Shown here: piece by piece, positions 1 to 13,377 of the stretch | How positions within the stretch are numbered: position 1 is the first letter of the stretch | Layout of the letters: every line of letters starts with the position of its first letter | NCBI GenBank assembly: GCA_015680685.1 | Contig: MNCI01001903.1 | Location: 105,586-169,585 of the forward strand | Reading direction: 5' to 3' | DNA length: 64,000 bases | DNA from: Gnetum montanum | Lineage: Eukaryota; Plantae; Gnetophyta | Translations under genes and position numbers: made by a program | Notes under the pieces: model-generated | Seen by the model: only the letters and a program-made list of their open reading frames with translations | Databases searched by the model: none | What the model was told of the DNA's origin: nothing

Positions 1-3000
1 GCATAGCTGCATGGATTGCCTTCTCCTCTACTAGCATGTTCTCGTCAACTAGTATGGACATCAACATGCAAACCAAAGCCTCACGGTGTGCGGTGGAAGT
101 CAATGTCAGGTCGTACAGGCTCAACATTGTGTTCTTTTGTTTTAGAGCCTATTTTACCTAAGTAAGAGCACTTAGGAGGTCTTGCCCACCTTCCTATTGT
201 TTACTGCCCTTCTCTTCTTCCATTCGTCCTAGAAGACGAATTTCTTGAGGAGGAGCAGTTTTGTGTTTGGGGTTGTACCCTTTCAGGCGAGGTGGTGTTG
301 ACCATGCGCATGTAGCGACATTAACTTTTGGTGACGAGGTAGGCATAGATGTAGAGGACGAAGGAGTAGGCTTGGAAGGACTTGGGGTGGTACATTCTGT
401 AGCCATTTCACCTGTCAAATGTTCTTCCTGTTTCCTTGAATAAGAAGGCTGTGATGCTGTCTTATGCTGGTTTTGTGGAATGGGGGCAGTTGAGTGGTTT
501 GGCCCCCTGATGATGAATGGTGTTTGTGGCATTAGTGTGGGCAGTGATGTAGTTTTGAATGCTAAGGGTGAAGGGGAAAATGTTCAATGAGGGACTTTAA
601 GAACAAATGGTTGTTGCGGTGTCTTTCTTGTCGTTGTTGGTGTGGCTACACTACATTGAGGTACGCGAAGCACAAACGACTACTATAGCGGTTTCAAATT
701 ACAATCTACGCTAATCATGTTAATGATGTACCCCACGTCGTTAGCATTGAGTGGGTCCTTGTAAACATGCATGGATTTATTTTCAGGGTAGATGGGGCTG
801 CTTTCATCCAGCACCAACTTCCCCTGATCAATCATCCATTGAATGTCATCTTTTAAGGCCAGACAGTAATCCGTTTCGTGACCACAAAGTTGGTGGTAGT
901 CACAAAACTACTCTAGCTTGAAATTCTTAGGAATTGGGGGCTCATTGGGCATAGCCAAGGAGGGGTTCCTAAGGAGTTTGCAATACCATTGATGTATTTT
1001 GGTTGCCTCCTCTGACATCCGCTTGTGTTGAATGTACCCTACCCCTAGCAATTGCTTCAGAAGTTCTGAAGGCATGATAGGTAGCAGGCTGTATTTGGAG
1101 TGATCTTTACACTTGAAATTGGGTTTAGGCAGTGTGGATACCTCTAGTGTTGACGTTGAGGTTTGGGTGGTGTTTCTTGGATTAGGTGCGGAGTTAGTTG
1201 GCGTTGCGATCACTTTCTTGTTATTGTTGTTTTTGGGCTGGGCCTCATTTTCCATGGTGGCCACCGTGGTCGTTGCAGCCTTGCCCTTCTCTTTGTCCTT
1301 TTTAGTATGTGCATTTTTATATGCAACATAGGCCAGATCCATACTGGCTTCAGCCGTGTCTTGAATGCTTTTTTTCTATGCAAAATATTGACTTAGAGAT
1401 CCCGGGGCTAGGTAATACAGCTTGGATTTAATAAAATCGTTCACTACCCTCTTGAATATGGCCAGCAAGTGGGCCTCCGTGATAGGCTCATGGATCTCGT
1501 TCAAGGTGGCACTCCACTGCTGTATAAACCTCTGCACTAACTCTAGTGGGTCTTGCTTAACTCCAATTAATTGATCTAGCATGACTTTTGGCTTCAAGTT
1601 TTACTTGAAGTGGGTCACAAATTGGGTTAGCAACTCTTCCAGTGTTGAGATGGAGGTGTGTGGGAGTGCACGGTACCAGTCTAGAGCTTTGCCTGTAAGA
1701 GACATAGCAAAGACACAAATGATGGTATGTGGCCATTGTTATAGAAATAAAGATTCAGATCTAAATGCAATTAAATGTGCGTTCGGGTCATCCTCCCCAT
1801 TGTATTTTGTAAATTGAGGGAGCAGCATCCCAAGGGGTAATGTGAGCATGGGAACCACCGGGCTAATGGGGTCATCATGGTAGAAATCCATGATCTACAC
1901 CATGTTATAACCAGTAGCTTTGAGGTGCCTAACCTCTTAAGTAAGGATCCAGATAAGTTGAAACGCTTTATCCAGACCTAGGAACAATGCAGATGGTTGT
2001 GGGGTTGCAGGGGCAACCATCGTTTGTGGCATAACAAGGGCAATGGTTTGGCTCATAGGGGGGCCATTGGGGTTGTCCTTGCAAAGGATGCTGCTTATGT
2101 GGTCCACCACCCAGTGGGTGGTGCTGCTGAAGTAGTAGCTGGTGGTGGTGCTGCAAGGTTGGTCATTTGCATGACCGATGGAACGGGCCACAGTCCTACA
2201 CTTGGTTGTGATACCTACGGGACTTAGTATGTTTTTTGGTAAGGGTGATGTGACATCTAGTGGGGATGTGAGGTAGGGAGAGAAGTGGCTAGGGTCCACC
2301 ACGTGGTTAGGGTTGGACCTGCCACTGACAATGGAATAGATGCAGGCAATGAGATAGAAGTAAAGGCTCTGGGAAACTGCAAAATAGAAGCGGTGTGTAT
2401 GTAGGGTAACATGGTCGTAACCAGTGTCTGGTATGAGGATGAGATGGAATGGCGGGGAAGAGTGCCTGGGTATGAAACTAAGAGAAGTGCCTACTGACAT
2501 GCTGAGGGTGCAACATGGTTGCCCATTGCTGATGAAAGCATCGATCGAGGTAGATTCGTAGTGATTGCAAAGGGAGCCATCACAAAAAGGGGGTTTGACT
2601 TAAAGGCCACAGTAGAAGGGATGTTCACAGGGTAAGTTTGGCCACCCCCCTCAGACTGGGAGTCTAGGTCTTCCTACCTATCCTGGAATGCTTCATTGTA
2701 ATGGGATAGCATGCCCTGCTCCCTAGGCCTACTGACTCATAGTAGCTAATCAAAGATCCACTGATACATCTCCATCATGGGGATGGCAACGTCAAGGTTA
2801 GGGAAAAACTCCTTCCTGCTTCGATAAAGGAATTCGAAACTATGTTTGTGCTTGAGTTCTTGATGATCTAGGGGTAGGTCCACCTGGATCTTTGCCCAGA
2901 TAAAGTCATAATGCTCTATGTCTTGTGCCAAGGACTTGGGTGACAAATGGCAAATCCTAAGGGACTAGCATGGTTTCATCATTGGGCTAGGGGGCCGCTC

Positions 3001-3115
3001 AGCACTCATGGTGCTTTGGGCTAGAAAAGGAGGTTCAAGGCTTGAGGTAGAAACAACGGTCATTGTTGGAATCATATTGCATGGTAAAGAGGGGAAATCG
3101 CAAACTAGGAAACAT
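1..3115 (-). pseudogene. Decayed gag and gag-PR linker of element A
   Basis: Fragments such as LDQLIGVKQDPLELVQRFIQQWSATL and FCDYHQLCGHETDYCLALKDDIQWMID (zinc-knuckle-like), broken by many stops and frameshifts; start approximate. Confidence 0.85.
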
Positions 3116-3296
3116 GGAAATCAAGAGGAGATTAGAGGCTTTTCATCCTATCGGATTCCAAAGGAACCGTTGTTGAAACCAATCTGCACCACACGATGCA
3201 TAAACAATGATGAAAGGGTGTCACATTTATGCTAGTACATGACGAGGTATAGAGAGCATGTAGGACTACCTGTAAGAGACGAAAAAGGCACCAAGG

Positions 3297-3313
3297 CCCT
3301 CCTTATATTGCCA
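3297..3313 (-). promoter_or_regulatory. Primer-binding site, tRNA-Asn type (degenerate), element A
   Basis: Minus strand TGGCAATATAAGGAGGG versus TGGCGCTAGAAGGAGGG, 5 nt from the LTR end. Confidence 0.75.
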
Positions 3314-3318
3314 AAAAT

Positions 3319-5224
3319 TGTAGTGATCAAAAACGTCGATGGCTAGAACACCAAGAGGTTGTCGGGTGAACAATTTAACCCTTGATCTGTGTGAGGGCCG
3401 TGTTGGGGAAGATGGAAGCAGGGAACCCTGAACGATCCAGTCGATTAGACAGGGACTTAATCGGTGTATCTTAACCTTACATAAATGTTAGTTTCCAAGG
3501 CAAAACATGTAAGGTAAAGCGATGATTAATAAATGCATAAATGAAGGAAATGATGCAAAACAACGATAACAGTAAAGAAATAGTAGAACAAACTCAGGTA
3601 AGAAAATGCACCACCCCAAGGTCGCGGATTCAATTCTTTGCTTTATTTGAAAGGTGTACAACAGGTCATGCAATGCCAGAGACACACAAAGAGCTCAAGG
3701 GTAACTAAAATGCTTAATGGAAAAATGCCAACTGTGCTTTCTAGAGGCCAACTTAAAAGCCAACTACAGCGAGAAGCCAACTCTATTTGCCAAGAAGCCA
3801 ATCAAGAAGCCAACCAGTCAATGTGAAAAGCCAACAAGCCAACCATTCTTGCTAATGCAAAAAATGCCAACTCTTTTGATAAAATGCCAATAGTTCTTGC
3901 TAACGTGAAAATGCCAATGCAAAAAAGCCAACCCTTTGAGCATTGTTTGTCTAGGTATTTATAGGGCCAGGAGCAAGCAAAAAATGAGGCTTGGATGCCA
4001 CATGTCCTAGACCCCACAAGATGCTGACGTGTCTGTACCATGTAGATGTGTGATGCTGGACATGAATTTGGCTACACTATGACTATACCTCTGGGAATGC
4101 ATGTGCTAAGATCAGTGTGCTAACAATGCAAAAAGTGGAACTTACGCTCCAGGGCTATGACTTCCCTGCTCTTACGAGTAGGGTTAAGCGTAGGAACAAT
4201 GTTTTGGGGGCTAACCAGGAGGTGTGAAAAATAGAGTGAAATTGTTGATTCTGCCAAGGATATGACAAAATGAGGAAGATTGTTGTCAATAAGTTCTAGA
4301 ACTACCCGAAGACATCTTGCTACTTCTGTACCAGTGTTTTGTTACTCACACTATCGAGTTCATTAGCGTAGCGTAAGTGGCTGCTTGCTACGTTGTGCTA
4401 CGCTATGTAGTGTAGCATAGCGTAGTAGTTTTTTTTAACTAGAACCTATGCTAAAGCTGAAAAAATTTGTCTAAGGCTTAGTCACGCTAACAACTGCAAC
4501 TTTTGTCTTTCGTGTCAGGAAGCTTTTGAACTTGTTGAACTCATACTTGAAACATTTTCTATTTTTGGCATTGTCGCTATGTTGTGCTATACTATGTAGC
4601 GTAGCACAAGGTAGCAGCTAGTGTATCCTACTTCCTTGTTTAATCCGCCAATTTCTAGCAACAAAATTTACTCAAGGTTTGTGGATCAAGTGGGGCGAGA
4701 AGTTTTGGAGGACGAAGTCTTGTCAAGGTGCTATTTTCTTATTGGAATCACTTGGCAAGATGGACCTTTCCACTTTGCTTTTGCTACACTGTACTACGCT
4801 ACATAGCGTAGCACCTTGCGTTGAATGAATCCTTCTTTGTCTTCACAATCATTTTGTCACTTTGCACTTGGACACTTAAGCAATCATTTTTTCAAAGCTT
4901 GCTACGCTGCATAGCGTAGCTTAGCGTAGTAGACTTCTTCACTAGAAAACTTGCTGAACTATTTTGCTCATCCTAAAGACTCTCAATAACTCCTAGCATA
5001 GTTTCGAAGTAGACTGTCTGTTGGGTGAATTGTCTAGGTGGGCAGGCCAGAGAGTCCATCGAGCCTATCAGCTTTGGAGATAGAAAACTTGCTAGACTGG
5101 ATAGTCTAATCTTAGTGCCTAGATTTTCCTACTGAACTGTCATGATGCTACACTTGTGGAAGTCCTTGCCTAAATTCCAAGACCTTGGTGAGGCATTAGG
5201 GTCTTGAAATTTTATGGTGTTTCA
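3319..5224 (-). repeat. 5' LTR of element A (~1.9 kb)
   Basis: TG...CA termini; start shared with LTRs of C, D and G; internal AAAATGCCAA repeats (~3720-3930) and GCTACGCT...AGCGTAGC palindromes (~4360-4930). Confidence 0.85.
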
Positions 5225-5299
5225 TGTAAGACAACAAGCCTAACAATAGGCTTAACAACAACCCCAATAGCAAACTCAACAACAAAGTACAAGATAAGA

Positions 5300-6860
5300 T
5301 AAAGGAAAGAAACCAAAGGTAAGTTTTAATTATTTGAAGGTTTAAATACTCCTCTTTTTCCTTTCTTGTATCTTATATGATGTTGATCATTTTGTGTTGC
5401 AAATATCTGTGGAGTAGTAGTAATTTATTCGAGAGATAGTAGAGATGATGCAAGCACCGCTTTTGAATAGACTCTCATTCCTTCATTTAGATCATTGGAC
5501 ATGCCTTCTTTTTCTATGACACTTGTAAGAGGTTTCTTTCCATAGGCAATACTGACACTAGCTCTTGAGTCTATTTTAGTGGTTCCTTATTTCTCTATCT
5601 TGAGTCCTTATTTGATGCAACAAATAGTGGCAGTTGTCGAAAAAGAACTCATGCTTCTTTGATGTCTCGGTCAACAGAATTCTGATAACAAAACCTATTC
5701 TATTTTTGAGAATGTATACCACTTACGAGAGTATCAATCATGCAACTTCAAGGAAGACTATGATTTAGTATAGGTTGGAGTTCTATCATCTTTGCATCTA
5801 ATTCCCGAGGATGCTCCAAAAGTTGTTAAGATCTAAAGCAACTTTTAGGAGAATTGGAAAGTGCAACATGCTTGGCTTGCCATTTGGAGACTTGTTTATG
5901 GTTCCTCCAAATTGGTAACTATCAATTTCAGGTAAATAATTTTTATTCTTTTCTCTGTCCTTTTTCTTTTTTTGTTCATAACTCATAATTTTAGTCTTGT
6001 TTGTGTAGAGGAAAGAGAAGGAATGATAAAAGAACATGGATGATCAATTGATTTAGATAGAGATGCTAAAGACCCAACTTAAGAGAAAGGAGGAATCAAT
6101 GACTATAGCAAGGAGTATGACTAAGTACATCAAACAATTCTATGATGGATTGGCTGGATGTGAAGTAGTTGTCACATCCCCATTCCCAAATGATGTTGCT
6201 GCCTAATGAAGATGATGTCTCTTCATACCAAGTGTTATTGTTATTTTAACAAGACCTAAAAGGGTAGTTGTAATTGAGACCCAAAAGGGCATGTTGTAAT
6301 AACAGATGTGTCTCTCAAGGTGACCTTTGGGGGTTTGACCTAAGACATTTATACCAGAAATTAGAGGTTGTACCAACATGGAGTGACAGAGCTAGTACAT
6401 GCAAGTCATGGGGCCAAGTGAAGTAGAATAGGAAGTGGATTGGCCATCCCTTTTGTTTAGGTTATAGGCCTAACCATGGTAGTAGTGTTGGATTTCCTCT
6501 AAAGAGATCGATGCCAAAGGAAGAAAACCCCAAGGGACACTCTTAGAGCATGATTTGGATAAACTATTCCATATTAATAAATCATTCTTTTCTTTCTCAT
6601 TCTACATTTTTCCTATTATTTTCTTTATATGTAATGTCAAATATCATATATATTTTGCATTTGTTATATTTTCTTTGTACTCAATGTGTAAAATATTGTA
6701 TATTTGACATTTTCCATGACATTCGGGGACAAGATGTCACAGTAGTGCTTAGCAAGAAGGATGCCATTGATAAATAAAGAGAAGCACAATTGAAGATAGT
6801 CATAGATCTCCTCGACTCGTTCGGTTGCAACATTAATCACTATTGTTTTCTTTACATATT
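5300..6860 (+). pseudogene. Decayed spliced gene relic of unknown function (coiled-coil-like last exon), interrupted by a solo LTR
   Basis: GTAAGT donor at 5319; GT..AG intron 5932-6008. Removing the solo LTR and one TSD joins ...DGLAGCEVV to LSKKDAIDK in frame. Confidence 0.45.
6170..6741 (+). mobile_element. Solo LTR (572 bp)
   Basis: TGTCACATCCC...GATGTCACA termini; perfect 5-bp TSD GTAGT (6165-6169 and 6742-6746); inverted homolog at 11361-11881. Confidence 0.9.
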
Positions 6861-7048
6861 TTCCATTCTTGTATTTTGCTTCTTCCCTTTCTATATTTTT
6901 CTTAGATGTACTTCTATTACATAGTAATAAAAAAATAAAATAATATTTTTCTTCCATTTTGGCATTTCTCTTGGATGTACTTGTGTTTTATAATAATAAT
7001 AATAAAATAATGTTTTTCTTCCACTTTGGCTTGTGAATTGTGATTTAC

Positions 7049-7565
7049 TTTGATACCAAATGTGACATCCCATTCCCAAATGTCGTAAAAACATGATCAC
7101 TTAATTTATCACATTCATTGTTTCTTAAATAATGTAATGGAAACATCATAAATACTTAATAAATGAATTAATTGGGAAATAAATAATTGGTATTGTGGAA
7201 TAGCAAAGAAAAATAGAAAAATTTTATTAATAGGATAGAGTACTATAACACCCTCTGGGTTATCTTCCCATGCCGCTTAATCCTTAGAGGCAATCCGACA
7301 TTGCCACCATGGTTAGGCTATCTAACCAAAAGGGTGATAATCCCTTCTTGTCCTGCTTCACCTAGCTCCTATCACTTGCCTTTCCAAGCTCTACAACTCC
7401 ATGCCGACACAACCTCTAAACCTGACCTTAAATGGCATAGATTAAATCCATTCCTAAGGGATACATGAATAATCGTAACTCCTCATAATGGGGTGCCCCT
7501 TCATTAGAAGGTTAATTACATTATTACAATTTGTTTCCATTCTTAACAAGGGATGAAATGTTACA
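7049..7565 (-). mobile_element. Short LTR (7061-7565) with adjacent tRNA-iMet PBS
   Basis: TGTGACATCCC...TGTTACA termini on +; minus-strand TGGTATCAAAG immediately inside; shares the CCAACACCACCACCATGGTTAGG-type core with the 6170 and 11361 LTRs. Confidence 0.75.
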
Positions 7566-10500
7566 AAACTCATATCTAGTTATCCAAGTAAAGGTAGGAC
7601 AAATATTTTTTTTCCTAATTGTATTACCTAAAAATATTTTATCTTCCTAATTAAAATATAAATTAAATAATAAAACAAAATAGAAAGATCGTAAATGAAA
7701 GTAAGATTAAGATTCTCCTTGATCTTGATCAACCTTGAGGATCAATGCAAGTAATGATAGTTTCATCATAAGGGGTATATGATTAGATGGCCTTGACTAG
7801 GATGATAGGGCTTAATCTTTCTTCTCAATTTCTTCCTTAGCAATTAACTCTAGTAGCTTGATAACTTGGAAGAATTGGGCATCGTACCAAATATAGTTTA
7901 GGATCTTAATGAAGAATGATGTCAAATCATCTTCATTAGTCATGGTTACGTAGTTGGTGAATTTTGGTTCTTGATGAATATTATTCATCAACATCATCTA
8001 TTCTCTAATTCTAGGATATATCGTTTCTACTAAAGGTTCAAAGTAAGTGAAATATATACTAGCCAATGGAATCATATGGTGGACTACTAGAGACATCTTT
8101 TTCAATTCTAGTTCCTCTTCTAATGTTTTTTTTACATGTTCATATTTTAAGAATTGATAAATACTACTTTCAATTTTTACATTGAAATATCCATAGAGGA
8201 TGAATGGTACTAGGTTAGAAATAACCTATCCATAGAGGTTAAGAAATATCCATACGGGTTAGAAATAACTAGTTCTTTAAACTTTCCTTGATTTGGTTAA
8301 TCAAATAAGCTACATGACAAAGTTTGACATCTGGGCATGTTTATTTGGTAATCAAATGTGAACATAGTAGATGTTATCTTTCATTACCTAGGAACCTTGT
8401 AAGTACATTGTATGTTGCAACTTTCATTTTTGTTCTTGGATTTTCTCCTTGATCATTTCCCTTCATGGGTATCATACACCTTATCAAAATAAGATTATGA
8501 TTCTTCATGATGTTCTATTATATGATCTAATTGTAGGCTGAATTGATGTATATCTTTTTGACCATTCTAGTTTACTAACTAAATTTCCAATTGATTGATT
8601 TGTTGGATCAATAACAATTATCTACATTACCTACACTCTAAATTGCCTTTCTACCCTCCTTAAGATACTAACTTTGATAGTTTAGCAATGATAAACTAGG
8701 GGTTAGTAACCTAAGACTATCTATTTGCAAAGGCTAAGAATGTAATCTTAAGGTTTAAGATTGTTAAGGGGTTATATTTCTTAGTCCCAACAATTAAATT
8801 ATTAGGCATGGTTAGTCTGTCTTAGTTATGATCTCTTAAGGCATGATTTAAGATATCACTTAATTATTAGGTATTTAGATAATCAATCTAACCTTACAAT
8901 TTTGTTCAAAAGGATAAATATTTATTATAAATGACTATTCATATGTTAGAAATGAACATCAAACACTCGAGTTATGCTAAATTGAGCTTCAAATGATCTT
9001 GAGACATAGTTTAGGGGAAATGAGTAAATAATATTATTTAGAGCTCCATGGGGTAGATTTGAATTTGCCATTCCATTTGAAAGGTTGAAATCTACTAGAA
9101 ATGACTCTTCATTTATTGAAAAAAGATTCTAAAAGTAAAAGTTATTACTTCCAAAGTTCAAAAGTTTAGGCATAGAATTTGAGACTTCCTGAGAGCTTCT
9201 CAAGAGGTCACTCATCCCAGTACTACTCCAAGGCATGCATCCTTAATTAAAAATTTTTATCTCAATCACTATCAACCTTTCAATTTTTCTAGTTAGTCAA
9301 ATTTTATTGCATTTTGAAATTTAAATATTTTCCCATCCACCAAAATGTCAAATTCAAATTTTTCTATCACCTAATGAAGTTTAGATTTTTTTTATTAATT
9401 GATGAACATTTTAGAATTTCCATCAACTAATGGAAAACTTCTAAATGCCAAAAGGTGTTGATGGTGATCAAGATCATTGAAGGAGATAATATTTGGTGAT
9501 GCTACTAGTGGTTGATATCGCTGAAGGAGGTAATATACAATAATGCTAATGGTGGTCAAGATTGCTAGAGGAGGTAGTATTCAACAATGTTCACAGTGGC
9601 TAAGATTGCCAAAGAAGTAGGATCCTATAGTGCTACCAGTGCTCATGATCACCGCAGGTCCAAGATTTTTGGTAGGTAGAGTAATAGGTGCAAATAGTGA
9701 TGGTGATAGGACATGAAAAATAGTGCATGGAGAGTAGTGGTAGAGGGCATTGACAGTGGTGGAAGCAAGTGCCAACTATCACAATGATGATGGACAAGGA
9801 TTTTTGGTTTGCACAGTAATAGGTAGAGTCATAAGGAGAATGATGGTAGGTAGGTAAAGAAAAGGTGCAATAACTAGTGAAGCACAAAGAAAAATTGGGA
9901 ATGATGATGGAGAATAATCAAGAAAAGGCTTATGTGGCCTACCATAGTGTTGCAGCTGCACTATGGTAGTAAAGCCTTACTATGGTCTAGCCCTGCCCTG
10001 GTCAAGCCACATAACAATGTAGTTAGGACTTGTAGCCTTACTTCAATGTAGCATGATATAGACCCACTATGGTTGGGCAATGCAATAACGTGGTTGACCA
10101 ACTGTGCAACCTTGTCAACTATGATGCAGCTAGGTCCTATTGATAAGTTTTTAAATTATATATATATATATATAGAAAACATGTAATTTGGCTTACTGGC
10201 TAGTGAGTTAATATTTAAGAGTTAGAGTTTGAGGATTGGAAGGTTATGGATTCAACTCCAAGCTTCAAATTTCAACATTAATTTTTTTTTACTTTTTATT
10301 ATTATATTAATCAATCCATCCTAGAAAATTACCATGGTTGTTAGCCAAAAGATGGATAAGAGTTTGGTTTACCTAAGGGAAGGTTCTAGGTTTGATTCCT
10401 ATCCCTAAAATTTTTATTTTTAAAATTTTAAACTAATGAATTAATATAACAATTTTTTTAAAACACACATAATGAGAAACTTCTAATGGTGATATCTCCC

Positions 10501-11347
10501 AAACTATATGATCGATTAGGGTGAAATTTGTACAATTGGAATTGTCTTGATGGGTACTATGTGTTGGGCATAGTTTCAGAGTTCAAAAACTAATTTAATT
10601 TTTCAATATTTGAAAAGACAAAAATAACCTATGTTGCCTAATTGACATAATCCTTGAGCATCATGGTTGAGCATCATGGTTGTACCTTAGTGAGGTACTA
10701 AGAAGCAAAGTAAGAAAATGTTATCCTTCGAGTATTGGTTTCCCTATGGGTCTCATGGTAATAACTCTTACTAGGTAAATAGGGATGAGACCATCTTATG
10801 GGTAGGTTAACTTAGTTAAACTTACCAATGTATGGGTCTTAAATAAGGGTGAGTAATGCCAAGTTACAGGGGTTATGTATTTAGGAACAATAAGTTCCAA
10901 GCAATACAAGGTTGAATCAAGCTATGGTTACTAGCATCATAGGAGGAACTTAATCATTAAAATTTTAACAATACTATAAGATGAATAAGAGCTACCTAGA
11001 TCAATTCATCCTTATCTTACCAACGTCTCTTATAGTTAATGTACTTTTTTGAAGCTTAGTAAGTTCTCCTGGTCACTAATATCAATGAAATTCATTATGA
11101 AGAAATCTTATTGGTTGGTGGGGTCCATCTTACACATGATGCACATTCATGGTTCTCTTATAGATGTGTGGTTTGGACTTCATTATACAAGAAAATAACT
11201 AGAAGAGTATCTTTTAGCTTACATGGATCATATTGGATGTAAGGTACATCTGGTAATGGTCTATGACTCTCCTTGGATTGTGGCTTCATAGTTCATCATT
11301 AAATTGTAGCCAACCCTTGGTTTTAATTAGTTTTTGGATTGTCATTT

Positions 11348-11881
11348 GCTCCAATACCAATGTAACATCCCATTTTTGGATATCATGCAAAACATCAAAT
11401 ATTTATAATATTCAAAATTATGCATAAATAAAATCATAGAGAAAATGTAGAAGGAAAGTGAAAAGAATGCTTTATTAATGTAGAATTATGTATCTAGGTC
11501 ATGCTTTGAGGGTTTCTTAGGGTTATCTCCCTTCGACATCTATGCTTTAGAGGCAATCCAACACCACCACCATGGTTAGGATTGTAATTAGCAAGAAGGA
11601 ATGGCCAATCACCTTCTTATCCCACTTTACCCAATACCTATTACTCACCTTTGCTAGCTCTGCAACTCTCTATTGATATGACCTCTAATGTCTAGGTATA
11701 AAAATCTTAGGTCAAATTCCCAAAGGTCACATTGAGAGACATGTTCATTATTATAATGTAATTTTTTGGGTCTTAATTATAACTTTTCCTTCCCAATATT
11801 ATTACAATAATTATAACATTTGTTATGAAGAGACATCATCTTTGTTATGGAACGCCATCATTTGGTAATGGGAACATAACA
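11348..11881 (-). mobile_element. Short LTR (11361-11881) with degenerate tRNA-iMet PBS; 7566-11347 is probably its decayed internal region
   Basis: Reverse-complement homolog of solo LTR 6170-6741; minus-strand TGGTATTGGAGC next to the LTR end. Confidence 0.75.
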
Positions 11882-12310
11882 CATGTTCATCAATACTTCC
11901 TCTACTATAGGCCCTTAGCCTAGGAGGCTTCTTAGGATGATGACTCCTCTCCATGTTTAATGGGTTTACTCCAAAAGAAGAGCACATGGTGATATCACAT
12001 AGATCATCTTTAATAAGATAGAATAAGGTTTTGAAGGGATTACTTGAGGTAGATTTATCATGATGGATCCTCTCTTATCTATGTGGCCTATTAGTCACAT
12101 CTTCCCCTTGTTATGAATCTACCTCAAATGATAAGTTATTCTTATCCTTTTTATGCTAATGTTATAATTTCAATATCCTATATACATTATTTTGGGTAGG
12201 ATCAGGTAAGTAGGACTTGTTAATTTTCTTATCTAGATGATGGCCTTCTATCATGTAGCTCATCCTAATCCTTATCAGTACTACTTGAAGAATGGAAAAA
12301 GCTAACTTGT

Positions 12311-13212
12311 TGATGAATCGTGTTTTACATAAGCTTTGATATTAGAGTGGCTGTGATATCAAGTACATGATATTGGGTATGTGACATCATGATCCAAGAT
12401 GTGATATCAGGCATGCGAGATCATGATCCAAGATGTGATATTGGGCATGCAATATCGCAAGGTACTCTTGAGCCTATAAATACAATTGGGCACACGATTC
12501 AGGGGTACTTTTGGAAGTCAAGTAGCAAAATTCTTATAGTTTATTCATTTGAGAGTTAGAATATTTTCCAAGTTCCCACAATAGGAGGTCTAAGTGTAAT
12601 CGGATCTTTATTCAAGCATTGATGTACCTAAACACACCATTGTATTGGCAATAAAAACGAGCTCTTTGATTCATCCTTACAGCACTTGAGACTTTCTTTC
12701 CTTATGCATTTATATATCATGATTTCATGTAGTTTACATTTAATGTTATTCATTTAGCAATTAGTTTTAATTAATCAAGAAACTAATTAAAATACACAAG
12801 CACGACCCCCTAAAACATATGTGTGACACTTGGTAGCTAAGAAACGGTTACCATTTGACAACCTAGTAGTGTTTACATGAAGTTCAGGATGTGTCCAGGA
12901 AGTGGGGATAGTTACTTGTGTTAGGTTAGATTAGAAAATATTTCACTTAGAATTTAATTACTCACACTTTCATTATTATTTTTAGACAATCAAATTGATA
13001 AAACATAAAATGATAAAAATATTATGCCTCAATCACACTTAACCATATACTCGCATTTCACAAGTGAAACTAGGAAGACAATGAATGGACAACACGAACT
13101 CATTCTTTAGTTCTAGCATACTTGGTAATTAAAGTTTGTAGAATTCAACTGGATTGCACATGAACAACTTTGATTTTTATGGTTGGATGTACGAGTACCT
13201 CGCCACTCATTA
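12311..13212 (+). repeat. 5' LTR of element B
   Basis: Colinear with 40386-41242; GATATC-containing repeats near the start, CTATAAATA and AATAAA. Confidence 0.9.
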
Positions 13213-13213
13213 T

Positions 13214-13231
13214 TGGTGCCATTGTTGGGGA
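13214..13231 (+). promoter_or_regulatory. Primer-binding site, tRNA-Asp type, element B
   Basis: TGGTGCCATTGTTGGGGA is a deaminated form of TGGCGCCGTTGCCGGGGA, the typical Athila PBS. Confidence 0.8.
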
Positions 13232-13377
13232 CTTTAGTTCTATGTGCACTATCTAAACTTAGTGAAACTTAGTAACCTCATTGTTCAAATCCTAAGAGTT
13301 AAATATTACAAAAAAATCATTATTACAACTAAATTAAATCTTGATTGCACACTACAGATAGATTCATTAATATAAAA

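Larger units (their letters stand above)
1..5224 (-). mobile_element. Element A: Tat-like Ty3/gypsy LTR retrotransposon, 5' part (LTR, PBS, decayed gag); continues beyond window start
   Basis: LTR 3319-5224 reads TGAAACACCATAAAATTT...TTTTTGATCACTACA on the minus strand and is followed by a degenerate Asn PBS. Gag fragments (908-1342, 1376-1597, 2746-2946) align by eye with gag of elements C and G. Confidence 0.9.

Noticed and set aside
7061-11881. A single element bounded by the 7061 and 11361 LTRs
   Set aside because: The two LTRs are quite divergent, both have their own PBS, no PPT precedes the 7061-7565 copy, and no TSD is evident.
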